Shown here piece after piece: positions 52,111-63,850 of a stretch of 64,000 nt of DNA. Under the pieces are notes generated by a model. That model searched no databases and was not told where the DNA came from. It worked only from the letters and a program-made list of their open reading frames with translations. The DNA is from Balanoglossus misakiensis (lineage: Eukaryota > Animalia > Hemichordata): NCBI GenBank assembly GCA_040954595.2, contig CM082582.2, positions 5,998,303 through 6,062,302 of the forward strand, written 5' to 3'. Both the position numbers and the translations under genes were made by a program. Each line of letters opens with the position of its first letter. Position 1 is the first letter of the stretch.

Positions 52111-53020
52111 TAACCCTTTCATCCCCAGTTCCCTCTACAGATGTCCAAATTTACCACAGAAAACAATGGATCTGGACCAAACCATCATGGTGAAAGGGCT
52201 CAATCTCAAGAGATGGGTTCGTGTGTGTGTGTAGATGAGTTACTTTGAATGTAAAATGAATCCACTTACTGAAATGAGACTGAACATTGTTATAAATAGC
52301 ATACAGCTTGTCCAAATGATGGGATTTAATGTTTAAAAAAATGTCTGTTCCCTTGTATTGCTTCAAAAATAAAAACGAAATGTACACAAGAAATTACAGA
52401 GGTCTTACGGGGAAGATTTAGTCAGGATGGGTAATATTTTGGGGATACTCTCAACCGACAGAAATGCACAAGACCAAGGCAGCCTGAATGGATTAGATCA
52501 CAACACAAAACATGCAAACGTGTGGCAGGTGTTATGTACTATTGTCGCATCAACTGAAAGAAATCAGTACGGGCATTAATGTAAGAAGTGGTCAGAAACG
52601 CGTTCAATTGCAAGAATACAACACAAGACAGGCACACAGACATATTAGATTTGATCATGTGCACGTGTAAGTCATACCGCTTGGCATTTGTGTTTTTCTA
52701 ATGCCAAAGTTGACTTTATATGTTTGAGAAACAACGGAATCCACGAAGGCCATCTACAAGGCTATAGTTTTGCCAAGCTGGGAGAGACAATGCAAGGTTA
52801 CGTCAACATAGACTTTCTTTGCCACATGCGCATTTTGCATAAAGTATTTTCATGAGGTATCTCCATATAAGATTTTAACATCCTTTTGGATGGAATACGC
52901 CTCCTAAAATGGACTCAACTCTTCTTTCCCCCCCCCCCTTCCCCTTAACCTCTTCACCCCAGTTCCCTCTTCAGAGGTCCAACCTTACCATAGAAAACAA
53001 TGGGTTTGGACCGGACCATT
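52111..53020 (+). repeat. Two copies (52111-52202 and 52945-53020) of a roughly 90-bp piggyBac-like MITE
   Basis: Shared taacc..ttca.cccc agttccctct.caga.gtccaa..ttacca.agaaaacaatgg..tggacc..accat. The first copy has inverted ends ccctttcat...gtgaaaggg; TTAA/CTAA sits at the left flanks. Confidence 0.55.
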
Positions 53021-53483
53021 AGGACAGATCATGTAACACAGGAATTCACTTGTCTGCCCTGTTTTTAACAACCAAGTTCCACATGTGCACGTGAAAAATG
53101 ATTGATGAAGTTTTTTTTTTTTAGTAAGACTAGTAAACATGGTTCAAAGTTCTAGAGCCAAGTGAATTCAGGATCCCAAAGACTCTGATGACCACCGACA
53201 CCATATCGCAGCAATACATGTTGATAATGTTACTTCTGGAATCTACATGGTAGTTCCTCTGCAACGAAGTGTGTGGCTGTGTTGTGTACTGGGCCAATCA
53301 TTCAGCAAATCCACCTTCGCACTGCTTGGTCACTGATAAAGTTCATGTAAATAAGGTCACTGTTTTTGTTTCACAACGAATGCCGGTATACGTATACAGG
53401 TATACCCCTGACGAAAAAAGAGACTTCACTGTCAGGTAAAACGATCCAAAAGATGCCTGGGTGTATAAAAATCCACCCGATGT

Positions 53484-56400
53484 CTACTTCAGGAAAACTT
53501 TTCCTTTGACCAACTTGACCCTCTCCATGATGGCGTCCTCTGCGATTGTGTCCAGGTAGGCTTTGTTATTGGCCTTCAGAAACTGGGGTTTGTATCGGCC
53601 TTTAGTGTCTTTGTCGTACCAGTGAATGTTAACGACAGCGCCCTCAATTTTACGAATCTTCCCTATCCAGTAGGCGTCGTCATCCAGCCCTTCGCCATTG
53701 ACAGCAACAATATCACCCGGCTGAAAGTTCCTCTCCTGAAAAATAAAATTAAATCAAATCTATTTTGAAGGAACTCAAAATACCAGAATTTTCTCAAGAC
53801 TTGCTTTCAGCAAAACTGTTATTAATATCGCTTTTTTTCAGGAATTTACGTGTACACTTACATAAGCTACAATGCTGCCCAACTTTATGACCCACCCCCT
53901 AATAAAATCCTACTGCAAAAGAGAGAGCATAATTACTAACCTGTCTAAGTTTCTCCACTTCCTCATCATCCAAGATATCATCTTCACTGTCAAACTTTCT
54001 TTTCCTCTTGGTCAGTTTCTCAGGTTTTTTACGCGTATCGTTACTTGCTTGTTCCTCAATCCTCTCATCATTTGCAGCGGATGGAACCGTGTTTCTATCG
54101 ACTCTTTCAAGTCTCACAGATACTGCGGTTAACCCCTTTTTCTTTCGCCTCTCAGATACGGGCTTTGTCGTCACTACTGAAGGTTCTATGCTTTTCCGTT
54201 TTTTCTGTTTCATTTCATCGTGTCCATCAACAACCTCTGCTCCTCTGACGGAACGGTCGCCCGTGTCCCCGTCAGTGCTTTTTCGTTTCAGTCTCACAAT
54301 TTTCTCGCTGTTTCCTGCGGGCTTTGCAGACGTTCTACTACCTTCCCTGCTTTTGCTTTCTTCCGGTTTTCCCTTCGACTTGACAGTCTTGGCGTCCGTC
54401 GCATTTCCGACGGCGGTTTCCGATCTCCTCCTGTCACTGTGCAGTGTCTCCTTCGCATTGGCAGTACGTACTTTCTGTTTTTCGGAACCGTCTCTCGCAG
54501 CGTGCTGTTTCTCTCTGCTGGCGCTGCCTTTGTGACTTTGCGCCCTATCTCTCTCAGAACTGCCCTTAGCACTCTGCGCTCGATCACCGCTACCTTTCAC
54601 TCCCTGAACTTTCTCTTTCTCGCCACTGCTCTTCACTGTCCTCGCTTTCTCCCTATCAACCCTCCCCTTCGCACTGTGCGCCGTTCCCCGTTCACCGCCG
54701 CTCGACACACTCTGCGATTTCACAGTTCGCAGTTTCTCCTTCTCGGCAGTGCTCTTGACGCCTTCCGTTCTCTTGACAGCGTCTTCCTTCACGGACTTCT
54801 TCGTTCTTCCGATGGCTCCGTTTGCTTCCGCGGATTTCTCCGGGTGCCCAAGTTTGCTCCATTCTCTGAACTGATCGTTCACTTGCGCAATTTCCTGCTG
54901 GGCACCAGCTTTGCCGTCCTCCAACTGGAGACCCGATTCCTCTTTCTTATTCGGCACTTCTGTGTTTCAAACAAACATCAACAAACTGTGTTAATGTTAA
55001 TTAATATGGATCCGAGGTCAGAAGAAAAAAAAGATCAAGCTTCGAAAATGAAACATACAGACAGACATTCATACATACATACAGACAGACGCAACCGATC
55101 CCATAAGGTCCCATGGTACATACCAATGGGACCTAAAAATGAACGGAAAGGAAAACAAACCCTAACCATAATCAGACCGGTGCAAAAGTCTAAGTTGCAA
55201 AAGTCAAACCCAAGTAATGTTTTCGTTAGGTGTGGTACTTAGATAAATATTACCAGGGTTCCCCTTTATGTATCAATGTATTTATATAACTAGGTGGCAA
55301 AACGTTGCTACGGTCCCCAGATCATTTTCCAGTGTTCCTTAACTTTCCCAGCTCCCTCTATAAACTGGTTAAACTTAGCAAAACACCTGCCAATGCTATG
55401 TTTGGTTACACCTTCTCACCTTCTTGCATTAAAATGCCTCCGTGCCCACTAGCCTTTATTGCTGACTTCATCTTGTGGCTGGCATAGTCGATGGGCAGTT
55501 TATTCTCCCTGTTCGTCATATTCAGCAAGGCAGGGAAAGTTTCAATCAAGCAGACGGTAACATCGACGGAGTCGAACTTCATTGCAGCGTGTAACGGCGT
55601 GTCCTTTTTGAAGTAAAGATGTATGGAAACATTTAAGTACAGAAGTACATCAAGTGAAAGCGTCCCAGCAGAGCTACCATGACGTGACAGAAAATGGCAA
55701 AGTAGGATTCAAATATTGATTAGACGGGCAATGAGATATTAAGACACAGGCACAAAATATACAAATTTTGCCTGAATATGTGGATTGCAAGCCATTCAGA
55801 TATGAAGTGACTGACTACAGCACTTTCGAAAAGAGTGAACAGTCCTGTTCCACACCCGATCACGTAAAATCAGAAAGACCGGCCTCGTATCTTACCCCTT
55901 GACTGTTTGTGTGGATAATACTCAGTTCTGAGACACCGTACTCTGACCTGACACAGTTCAACACTTCTTTCAGATAGTCCATGTCATTGTTCATGGCGGC
56001 GATACTCATTTCCTCAATCTGGTGAAGATTAGATCCAAACATACAAAAAAAAAATGTGAGGACCAAGGCACACACCTTCATGTTTTGAACTTATCTGGCA
56101 GACATAGATCTCATTGCTGAAAGTATTCTTACACACTCGGTTACGAGAATTACACACATGGGTAGAAATGTTCTCTTGATAATTTTTAAGCATTGTAGTG
56201 TAGGGCAATTTACATAAGAATACAATAGTTGTGATAATCCATTTCTGCTATTTCCCAAAATTTAAATATTTTCTCCAGCTTGTTTGGCATATGTTGCAAT
56301 TATGACAAGTAATCAGCTCTATTTGGCATTTTTTCTGTGAGAATTGACAGATTTGAGCGCAATCTCTCTCACCTTGTCGAATATCGTGACAGCTTTGGTA

Positions 56401-59400
56401 AGTTTTAGTTTGATATCAAACGGGAATACGTCACACTCGCCCCGTTTTTGTCGGAACAGTTGAGCGTGCTGCCAGGCCTTGCCGTGCTCTCCGCTTCCTC
56501 CGCATATAAATACTGACAAAACCAAGGATGAGGATCCTTTGAATTCATCCAGATTTATGGCTTCTGTGGCTGAGAAAGGAATAATGGGAAAGGATTTGGG
56601 TAAATACAATAAATAACTGAGATCATATACATCTGTATTCCCCCCCTAAAAACACAACCCAACAACAACACAACAACAACCAAATCCTAGATCAAATATA
56701 ATTATTATTACAAGGCCCAGGTGTAAAGAAAAACACAATACAGTACAGCACAGCACAGCACAGTACAGTACAGTACAGTACAGTACAGTACAGTACAGTA
56801 CAGTACAGTTCATTACAGTACAGTTCATTACAGTACAGTACAGTACAGTGCAAACAACCAACAAAGTACATAGAACAATTTCAAATCCCTGTAAGGAACA
56901 TAAAGAGTACTCTGGCAAATAGACCAAAAACTGATGGCATTTTGAAAATAATAAATCTATTCTGTACAAAGTACAGAGAGAGTCACAATTATGACTAGAC
57001 CTGTTTTTTCCTGAGACCAAATCTTTCAACGCTGTCAATGTTTCGTCCAGAGCCAATTTTTCTTTTGAATTGGCATATACACTGTTTCTCTCAGAGCTTG
57101 GGAAGCGAATTCACGTTCTGTGCTACAGCATATGATGACCACAGCAAAGACTTACCTCCTGTTGGTGTGATAAACCTGTGTGGATTCATGCTGTCCTGCA
57201 CTTTCCACAGAACAGTGGCACTGTCGTGGTGCGTCGTACTCCAGGCCAGCAAACTGCCAGACTCCAGCTGGTAACCCCCAAAGTCAAATTTCCACGTTAT
57301 GAAGGACGAGTCGTCCGGCGTCTGACCACTCAGCCTGGATAAGTACGTCTGAAATGGATTAGGAGGCAGAGATCAGCATCTATACGATTAGTGTTGCATC
57401 AAGGATACTGTATTATGGGGGGTTTCACAGTTTACCAGGGCATGTACTGAATCACTGATGAGAGATTTAACCGCACGAGGTGAATGCCCTTTCGCATATG
57501 AAGTCATACATATCACCCCCTCCCCCCTCCAGTCTTCACAAAGAAATAACAAGGGACAAAATCTTTCTCACCATGGCATTCTTGACTAGAATTCATTTTG
57601 TTGTGCAAAAGCCATATGAAACGAAATCAGCCAAGTATTACTAAAATATAGGGATTGTGTCCATTTAATGGAATTTATATTCAACTTACCACATTGTCAT
57701 CTTTTTCTTCATTCCTGACAACATTCTCTGCTGCATATATTCCATGCTCCCACCCATCGATCACTTCATTGTCATTGCTAACTCTGATGTATTTGTTTTC
57801 TCCCGACGTGTACTTCAGATGAAACTCTGTGTTATCCCTTTCCTTCTTTGTCAGGGTAAAAGACTTGCCTTTGGGTTTTTCCTTCAAGACAAAAAAAAAT
57901 CCAGAATACTGACTGTTTCTATCTATGTAGAAAAAAATGTTCTCACAGTTAAATTTTTTCCTTTGCACTATTTCTAAAAAGACTATGTAGGACTTGATGA
58001 TTAGTTGTGAATCATCATGATTAATTCCAGAGTTCAGTGAGATCCAAAGTCTCTGCTTTAGAAAAATCAGTCAAGACTTGCAACTCATGGGAAAAAAGCA
58101 GAGCACATAAGGAATAAACAAGTATGAATGGAAATCTGGTGGATTAATATCAACTGATGTATCACTCACACAACTGAATGCATTTTATATTGTGAATGAA
58201 CCACTGATAAATATATAAAGAACATGATGTGGACTTTTGATCTTGAATTTTCTCATCTAAATTATCAAGAAATGGTCAAGGATGATGCCAGTCACATACA
58301 TCTAATCCTGTTTTACTGTTTTTTTAATTGACCTCGCAAAGATAACTTCCGTTTGCTTTTCTCTCCAGACCTACCCATTTCTCTATATCTTCTCCGGGAC
58401 GAAGTCGCGCCCAGATCTCCAGCGGGCAGGGGAAATCCTTTGTCGCTGATTTGGGTTGCTGGAAAAGTCTTGTCCTCGACCAGGCATTTTTCCCTTCACC
58501 ACCTCTCAGAAATGCAGACAACACCAAAGACGACGCCCCGTTTAACTTGTGCAAGCTGAATGGTGTCCCATCTGTTCAATAAAAGACAAAAGGAGGCTGT
58601 ATAAAAAGGTGTGCCACCCGTTTATTACTTGGCTAGTTCACATTCATACATACAGCTGCTATCGGAGTTTAACAATATATGTCTGTATTCCCATCAAGAC
58701 TATTTGAATGGACTAATCTACATTTGAAAGTAAAATCATGAAAATGTGGATCCTAGTGGAGCTTTAATACATGATTGCATAACTATACCTCCAGTGGGAA
58801 AGATATATCTGTTGGTATTGGCCCCATCGTAGATTTTCCATGTCACCGACGCGTTGTCACTGAAAGTTCCACTGATCGCACGCAATGCTCCAAAATCCAT
58901 TTTGAACTTGCCGAAGTCAAACTTCCAAGATATGGAGGCACTTTCTTCAGCACTGCTGGTACTATTCCGGGACAAGAATGCCTTGACAGGTAAAAAATAA
59001 ATAAAAGAAATGTTAAAATTATATCTGCTTAAAGCTTCTATTTGAAAAATAAATAAAAGAAATGTTAAAATTATATCTGCTTAAAGCTTCTATTTGAATC
59101 TTCAAAGTGTACGTACCAACTATGCCTAACAGTGCTAAAATGACCCCCACTTTGCAAGTTGAACCATTCCTTGTATAGAACAAATCTTATCAAATATCTT
59201 AAGATGTGCACTAATAAATTTTATACAGCAAAACATGTTATACCTCTGTGGAACAGAACAAAGCTTTCAGGTTACTGAAGGAATTTCAAAAAGTGAACAA
59301 AATAAGTCTTACAACAGTTAGTCCATTGATGATGGAGTGACAATGATGAACTACTTAAGTCAAACTCAAATCAGCTTACCTCTTCACTGGTTTCACTTCT

Positions 59401-60046
59401 TTGAATGTTTTCTTCCAGGAAAGTTCCGTTTTCCCAGCCTTTGAGGACTTCTTTATCATTTGACACCCTGACATACTGGTCAGTTACGCAAGAGTACTTG
59501 AGATGGAACATTTTCTTCTTCTGTTCATTTTGAGTCAGATGGAAACACTTCCCAACATGCTGTAATCAGTCATTATCATAAATGGTATTAGCTATTTTAT
59601 AAATATTAATAGGAATTAGGATACTTAATTTACGAAGACAGTTATACCATAAAAGATTCAAATTCACATAAAGCTATGATTTAGAGTCAACAAATTTGTA
59701 TGTTGGATTCATGTAACTTATAAGAGTATGGACCTCCCCACCCAAAAGTGCTCTAATCCCAACATCTTTGGACAAAACACCAACTCCTCTCACAAAGCCT
59801 GTGGCACCCCATTTTCATGACCGGCCATCCTTCTAAAGTGCAGACGACCGTCCTTCCTTGAACGTCACAAACAAGCTCATTTGCTAATTTATGTAGACCA
59901 TGACCTAATTCAAAATGAATGTGACTTGTCTGATGTCACCAATAGTAATTTAGTACTTGTGAACTTTAGTATGTTTTATCTGCTGTACACTAACAGCAAT
60001 ATCCAACATCAACTGTACTCACCGTGTAATTACTTTTCTTGCCCAT
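53484..60046 (-). CDS. 917-aa protein: PAW - PAW - ankyrin repeats - K/S/E/R-rich disordered region - SH3/Tudor-like beta-barrel; 11 coding exons
   Basis: Minus-strand exons 60046-60023, 59559-59380, 58981-58789, 58571-58375, 57881-57690, 57348-57156, 56569-56373, 56018-55896, 55603-55420, 54959-53941 and 53735-53484 splice in frame (2,754 nt). The PAW pattern 'FHLKY...D.YVRVSND.EV..GWE.G...EN', 'YLSR...ISWKFDFG' and 'GG.G..AWQHAQLFRQ' occurs twice. Ankyrin 'NSQG|DTPLHAAM...LL...NRENKLPIDYA'. C-terminal 'FQPGDIVAV.....YWIGKI......VNIHWY'. Confidence 0.82.
55015..55140 (+). mobile_element. Probable Helentron/HINE-like 3' end fragment (tetranucleotide microsatellite plus stem-loop)
   Basis: An (acag/acat)n run is followed by the hairpin aggtcccatggta-ca-taccaatgggacct and an A-tract. 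Confidence 0.45.
56738..56850 (+). repeat. (CAGTA/CAGCA)n microsatellite
   Basis: Long imperfect pentamer run inside an intron. Confidence 0.9.
58993..59096 (+). repeat. Perfect 52-bp tandem duplication next to a splice acceptor of the PAW gene
   Basis: aaaaataaataaaagaaatgttaaaattatatctgcttaaagcttctatttg occurs twice. Confidence 0.92.
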
Positions 60047-60249
60047 TATTTTAGTCTTCTTGCCTGGTGTTGATGACAATCTGTAAAAGCAGCAGATGTA
60101 TTTACAGCAAATTAATCGTCTTTACCATAGGCGAGCGTCAGAGCATCTTTCTCTAGGGTCTATGGTCAGAGTCAATTGTTAAATCACAGGAACTCAACTG
60201 GAGAACTCACAGAACCTTATTTTTAGAATACAACAGGCGTCAGCAATCT

Positions 60250-60454
60250 GGATCTGGTTCTCTTAGTGGACACGACTATACTCCACGGGCGATAATATGG
60301 TTTTTTAGGGTTAGGGTTAGGAGGGTTAGGGTTAGGGTTAAATTCACCCTCACATTGCCACCCCTAACCCTCCTAACCCTAACCCTAACTCACCCTCATT
60401 GCCATGGTATCGTTGCCATGGGATATAGTCGTGTCCACTAAGAGAACCAGATCC
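60250..60454. mobile_element. 205-bp MITE with 31-bp perfect TIRs, 8-bp TSD (AGCAATCT) and internal inverted TTAGGG/CCCTAA repeats
   Basis: TSD at 60242-60249 and 60455-60462. TIR ggatctggttctcttagtggacacgactata / tatagtcgtgtccactaagagaaccagatcc. (TTAGGG)n at about 60305-60340 and (CCCTAA)n at about 60361-60388. Confidence 0.93.
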
Positions 60455-60899
60455 AGCAATCTTTACTACACCTTTACGTAATAAGCCCGTATTATAAACG
60501 AGTTTATCGACCTTTACCTCCATGCTCAGAATACAGTGCCGGTTGACTTCATCTAAGTACTTATACTATACTATACAAGATAATTTCATCACTTCTAATT
60601 TATGTAACTTTAGAAACGTATATTTTAATAGGCTGTGAAAAATACACTGTAAGTTTACGCATACGTAGTCGGCCAAGATATGTGCGCACTCACGTTGGCC
60701 GACACACACTCCGTTGACAGATCAGGAATATCCCTCGCAAGGGAAGCATGTGTGGGAGAAAGCAGGCGAATTTTAAATTCCTTGCAATACATACCTTACA
60801 CTAGTGCCTGTACGCAAACTGATTGGGCCAGTTAGGACGAGCGTCACATTTGTTCAGGCTTTCTCTGTGAGAAAACCACAGAGACATGCATTTGCTACA

Positions 60900-61210
60900 C
60901 ACAGAATAAAATGGCGGGACTTCCGCTGGGGATAGAGCATGCTGGGAAAATATGTTCTTTGTTTTTCTCCCCACTGAAAAGAATCTGTTTTGGGATGGAT
61001 TGTCAAAATTGGGAGCACGATTCAAATAGAGGAATATTCTTCTTTGGTTTGTGTGGGCACGGTCGCCCCACACACGACCGTGGGACCGTGGGAATTCGTG
61101 GGTTCCGAGTTACCGAAACAGGCCACCTTGGCCGCGTGAGGGCGTATCAATGACGTCATTATAAGTACAAAGTGCATGATCCGATGGGACCAAAATTCAA
61201 AATGGCGGCA
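60900..61210. promoter_or_regulatory. GC-richer putative promoter zone upstream of the PAW gene, with AAAATGGCGG (YY1-like) motifs
   Basis: aaaatggcgg at about 60908 and 61200. A minus-strand donor (gtgagt) near 60692 suggests a non-coding first exon. The second motif may belong to the transposon. Confidence 0.35.
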
Positions 61211-61288
61211 GTGCATGTGTGATCGATCGTGATCACTTCTGCTTGCAACTCCGTACTGGCATTATTTTGACAAAAAGACTTCCTGAAA

Positions 61289-61462
61289 ATGGTTAATTGG
61301 TTTTGTGCGGCTCCGGAGTGTACTATCAGCTTGCGCAATAAAAGAAACGCCGCAAAATACCCAGGATTGGCAGACGTGACATTTCATGCATTCCCAACTG
61401 AGAAACATCGCTGACTTCGCCAGCAGTGGATTTCCGTGTTACGTCGAAAGGATGCCCACTAG
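61289..61462 (+). pseudogene. THAP zinc-finger N-terminus of a DNA transposase, truncated with an internal stop
   Basis: MVNWFCAAPEC...VTFHAFPTEKHR*LRQQWISVLRRKD matches the THAP pattern C-x4-C...FH.FP...R..W...RR. The CxxHF tail and the DDE domain are missing. Confidence 0.75.
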
Positions 61463-61853
61463 TCGCTTGGTGATTTTTGGAATATCAATACTTTGTGTGT
61501 GTTTGCGGTGATTTTTTGTTTGTCTTTATTCATAATCTCAATATTGTGTGCGTGCTTGCCTTGAGCGTGTTTCTGGTAGTGAGGCGAGTTTCGAATTTGA
61601 GACTGATCTCATGGTTTCTGGTAGCGTCGCTACGTGTTCCCTACACATACGCGCTCACACTCGCTGACATTTACTCCACACACAAAAAAGCAAAGCATTT
61701 ATAATAGTTACATTTTTAGACATGTCATGAATTTTATTCAGCCAATAAAAATGTAACTGTGGCTGTACATGTGGTGTCTTTTTGATTCATATCTTAATGC
61801 TTTCACAAGAGTTTCACACATCACTCTACTAGTTTTAGAAGTACCATGAATGA

Positions 61854-62109
61854 TGACTCTCACTTTTTGTTTCACTTTTGACATTAAAGAGGGTGTGACT
61901 GCAGAGAAGTGTGAAATACAAAATATGTTGTAAGGGAATATTGTATGTTAGTTGGTCAGTTGGTTAGTGAACTGGGGAACTTGGTTTCGGTTAGTAGGTT
62001 AGTTGGTTAATGCAAACATTCCTTGATTCCCTTACAACATATTTTGTATTTGATCTCTCTACAGTCACAACCTCTTTGACGTCATAAGTGAAACAAAAAG
62101 TGAGAGTCA
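61854..62109. mobile_element. Hairpin MITE-like inverted repeat (about 85-bp arms)
   Basis: tgactctcactttttgtttcactt...aaatacaaaatatgttgtaagggaat mirrors attcccttacaacatattttgtattt...aagtgaaacaaaaagtgagagtca. Confidence 0.8.
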
Positions 62110-62181
62110 CTTGTCTTGTAAAATAAAAGTAAACAATACTAAGCTATACCCTGGTTATCCTTTTCACTATCAACAACAGTT

Positions 62182-63850
62182 CTATGTACAACTGACAACA
62201 ATGTTAGTTACAATAAAATCCTCATAAAATGTAGAAAGTTTAGCTTCAGTTGTTTTCCCAAACAATTCATCGAAATATATCCTCTCTATTGAAATGGCTT
62301 TTCTTGTGAATAACACAAAATCACACCATTGCAGTTTACAAGTAGCAAGTTGCATTTGTATTTGGGTATACCATTTTGATGTCCTCCTCAAACACACTTT
62401 GCCATCTACATCCAAAAATACATGGTATTTGGGAACTCTAGGCTTGATATATCACATGGGAATATATTGCGGTGTTTGCTGGAACATTTGATTTCACACA
62501 TTTAAAGCTGGCAATGATAGTGATTTTACTAGCTATATTGGAGAATCTGTATCAGAAGCTGATATTGATTTTATGTCATCACTGACAGCTGATCAAAGAG
62601 ATTATGAGGATTGGTATTTGTATAGACAAGGGAGCGTTACTGCCAGTATTGCACATGATATCCTTCACATGAAAGAAACTCGGGATTTGAATGACTACAT
62701 AGTCCAAAAAATTATGTCTGGCAGTCACAGGACAATACCTTCAACCCACATTGATTGTGGTATTAAACATGAACCTGTTGCTAAGCATTTATATCATGAG
62801 CAATACAAAAAGTTGCACCGGAAAGTGAAATTTCAAGATGTTGGCTTAGTCATCAGTTCTGACAAGCCATATCTTAGTTCAAGTCCTGATGGGAGGGTAT
62901 CATGGGAGGACATCAAATGGCACCTGGATAATAGTTGGACACAGTTGGTCTTGGTGTGTCAGGCTCAGACTTATCCTTTCTAATGTCAAGCTCATCTATT
63001 TCCATAGGAGTGGACTCTCTGCGGGGTTTATCCCACTTACAGGAACATCAGTACCAACTTGAATATTTCTGTCTTTGTGGCGTCTATCGAAGTCGTTGAT
63101 GCTAAACAACAATGCAACACAATGTTTGCATGTTCCATGCTCACTGTAAAAAAAATTCAGATACATGGTAAATGTTAACGCATGATTGCAGCTTTTTTGT
63201 TTATGCCTCTCTGCAGTGACTGTCAAATGAAAACTGAGGTATTCAAACCTAAAACGTCAATGCATCAAATGGAGAATGAAATCATATTAACTATTTTCAA
63301 ATATTATCTAATTTTGCAAATCCTGATTTACAGTCCTCAACAGCACTTTAAATTAGTCAACAGATACTGTTGGAAAAACATAGACAATTCTGTCAGACTC
63401 TACTGACAGTTTTCTCATCCAAACACACAGATAAAGCAAACCGAACTAAAAAACAAATGTCAAAATACATGTATAACCATGGTTATTTCAACCCACCATT
63501 TCTATGTACCTAGTCACACTGGTAGAACTAAAAGCCACGGTGGATTAAAATGATAAAATTTATATAAAAAAATACTTACGCAACACAATTACAGCCTCAG
63601 AAGAGAATGGAGGTCGCTGACCCACTCGGTGATCGTCGCCGGATCAGGCAAAGTGATGTTTTGGCTGGGTCGCGATTGTCTGCTACCGTCCGCCTTTTTT
63701 TGCTCGAAATTTCCTGGTCACCAGGCTCTAGTGGCCGAACGTCCAGTTCTATAGCTAACTCCACTACCTGAATTAGTCTATCTTTCCAGGTATTACAACA
63801 AGTTATACCTCTTTCCGACATAAACTTTCTCAGGTCAGGAACTTATGTAA
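62182..63850 (-). pseudogene. YqaJ-like (lambda exonuclease family) / SWIM protein pseudogene with frameshifts, one intron and an inverted middle segment
   Basis: Minus strand: 'VPDLRKFMSERGIT' (about 63840), 'GCNCVA|EHGTCKHCVALLF' across intron 63579-63144, 'GTDVP/CKWDKP', then 'CEIKC' (about 62495) and 'YTQIQMQL...CDFV...ERIYFD'. The motifs 'T.DQ...W...R.G.VTAS', 'GIKHE..A...Y' and 'YLSSSPDG' lie on the + strand at 62501-62900. Confidence 0.8.

Noticed and set aside
54008-55242. Plus-strand ORFs 54008-54535 and 54220-55242
   Set aside because: Antisense to the low-complexity exon 54959-53941 of the PAW/ankyrin gene, with no recognisable motifs.
56373-59559. Calling the minus-strand gene NGLY1
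   Set aside because: Only PAW-like domains are present. They are duplicated and N-terminal, with no PUB or transglutaminase-like catalytic core in the model.
60305-60388. Ancient telomere-telomere chromosome fusion site
   Set aside because: The tracts are short, mirror each other including an irregularity, and lie inside TIRs with an 8-bp TSD, so they belong to a MITE.
62573-62983. Independent plus-strand nuclease gene
   Set aside because: It holds only the middle motifs of YqaJ. The rest lies on the opposite strand on both sides, so it is an inverted fragment.
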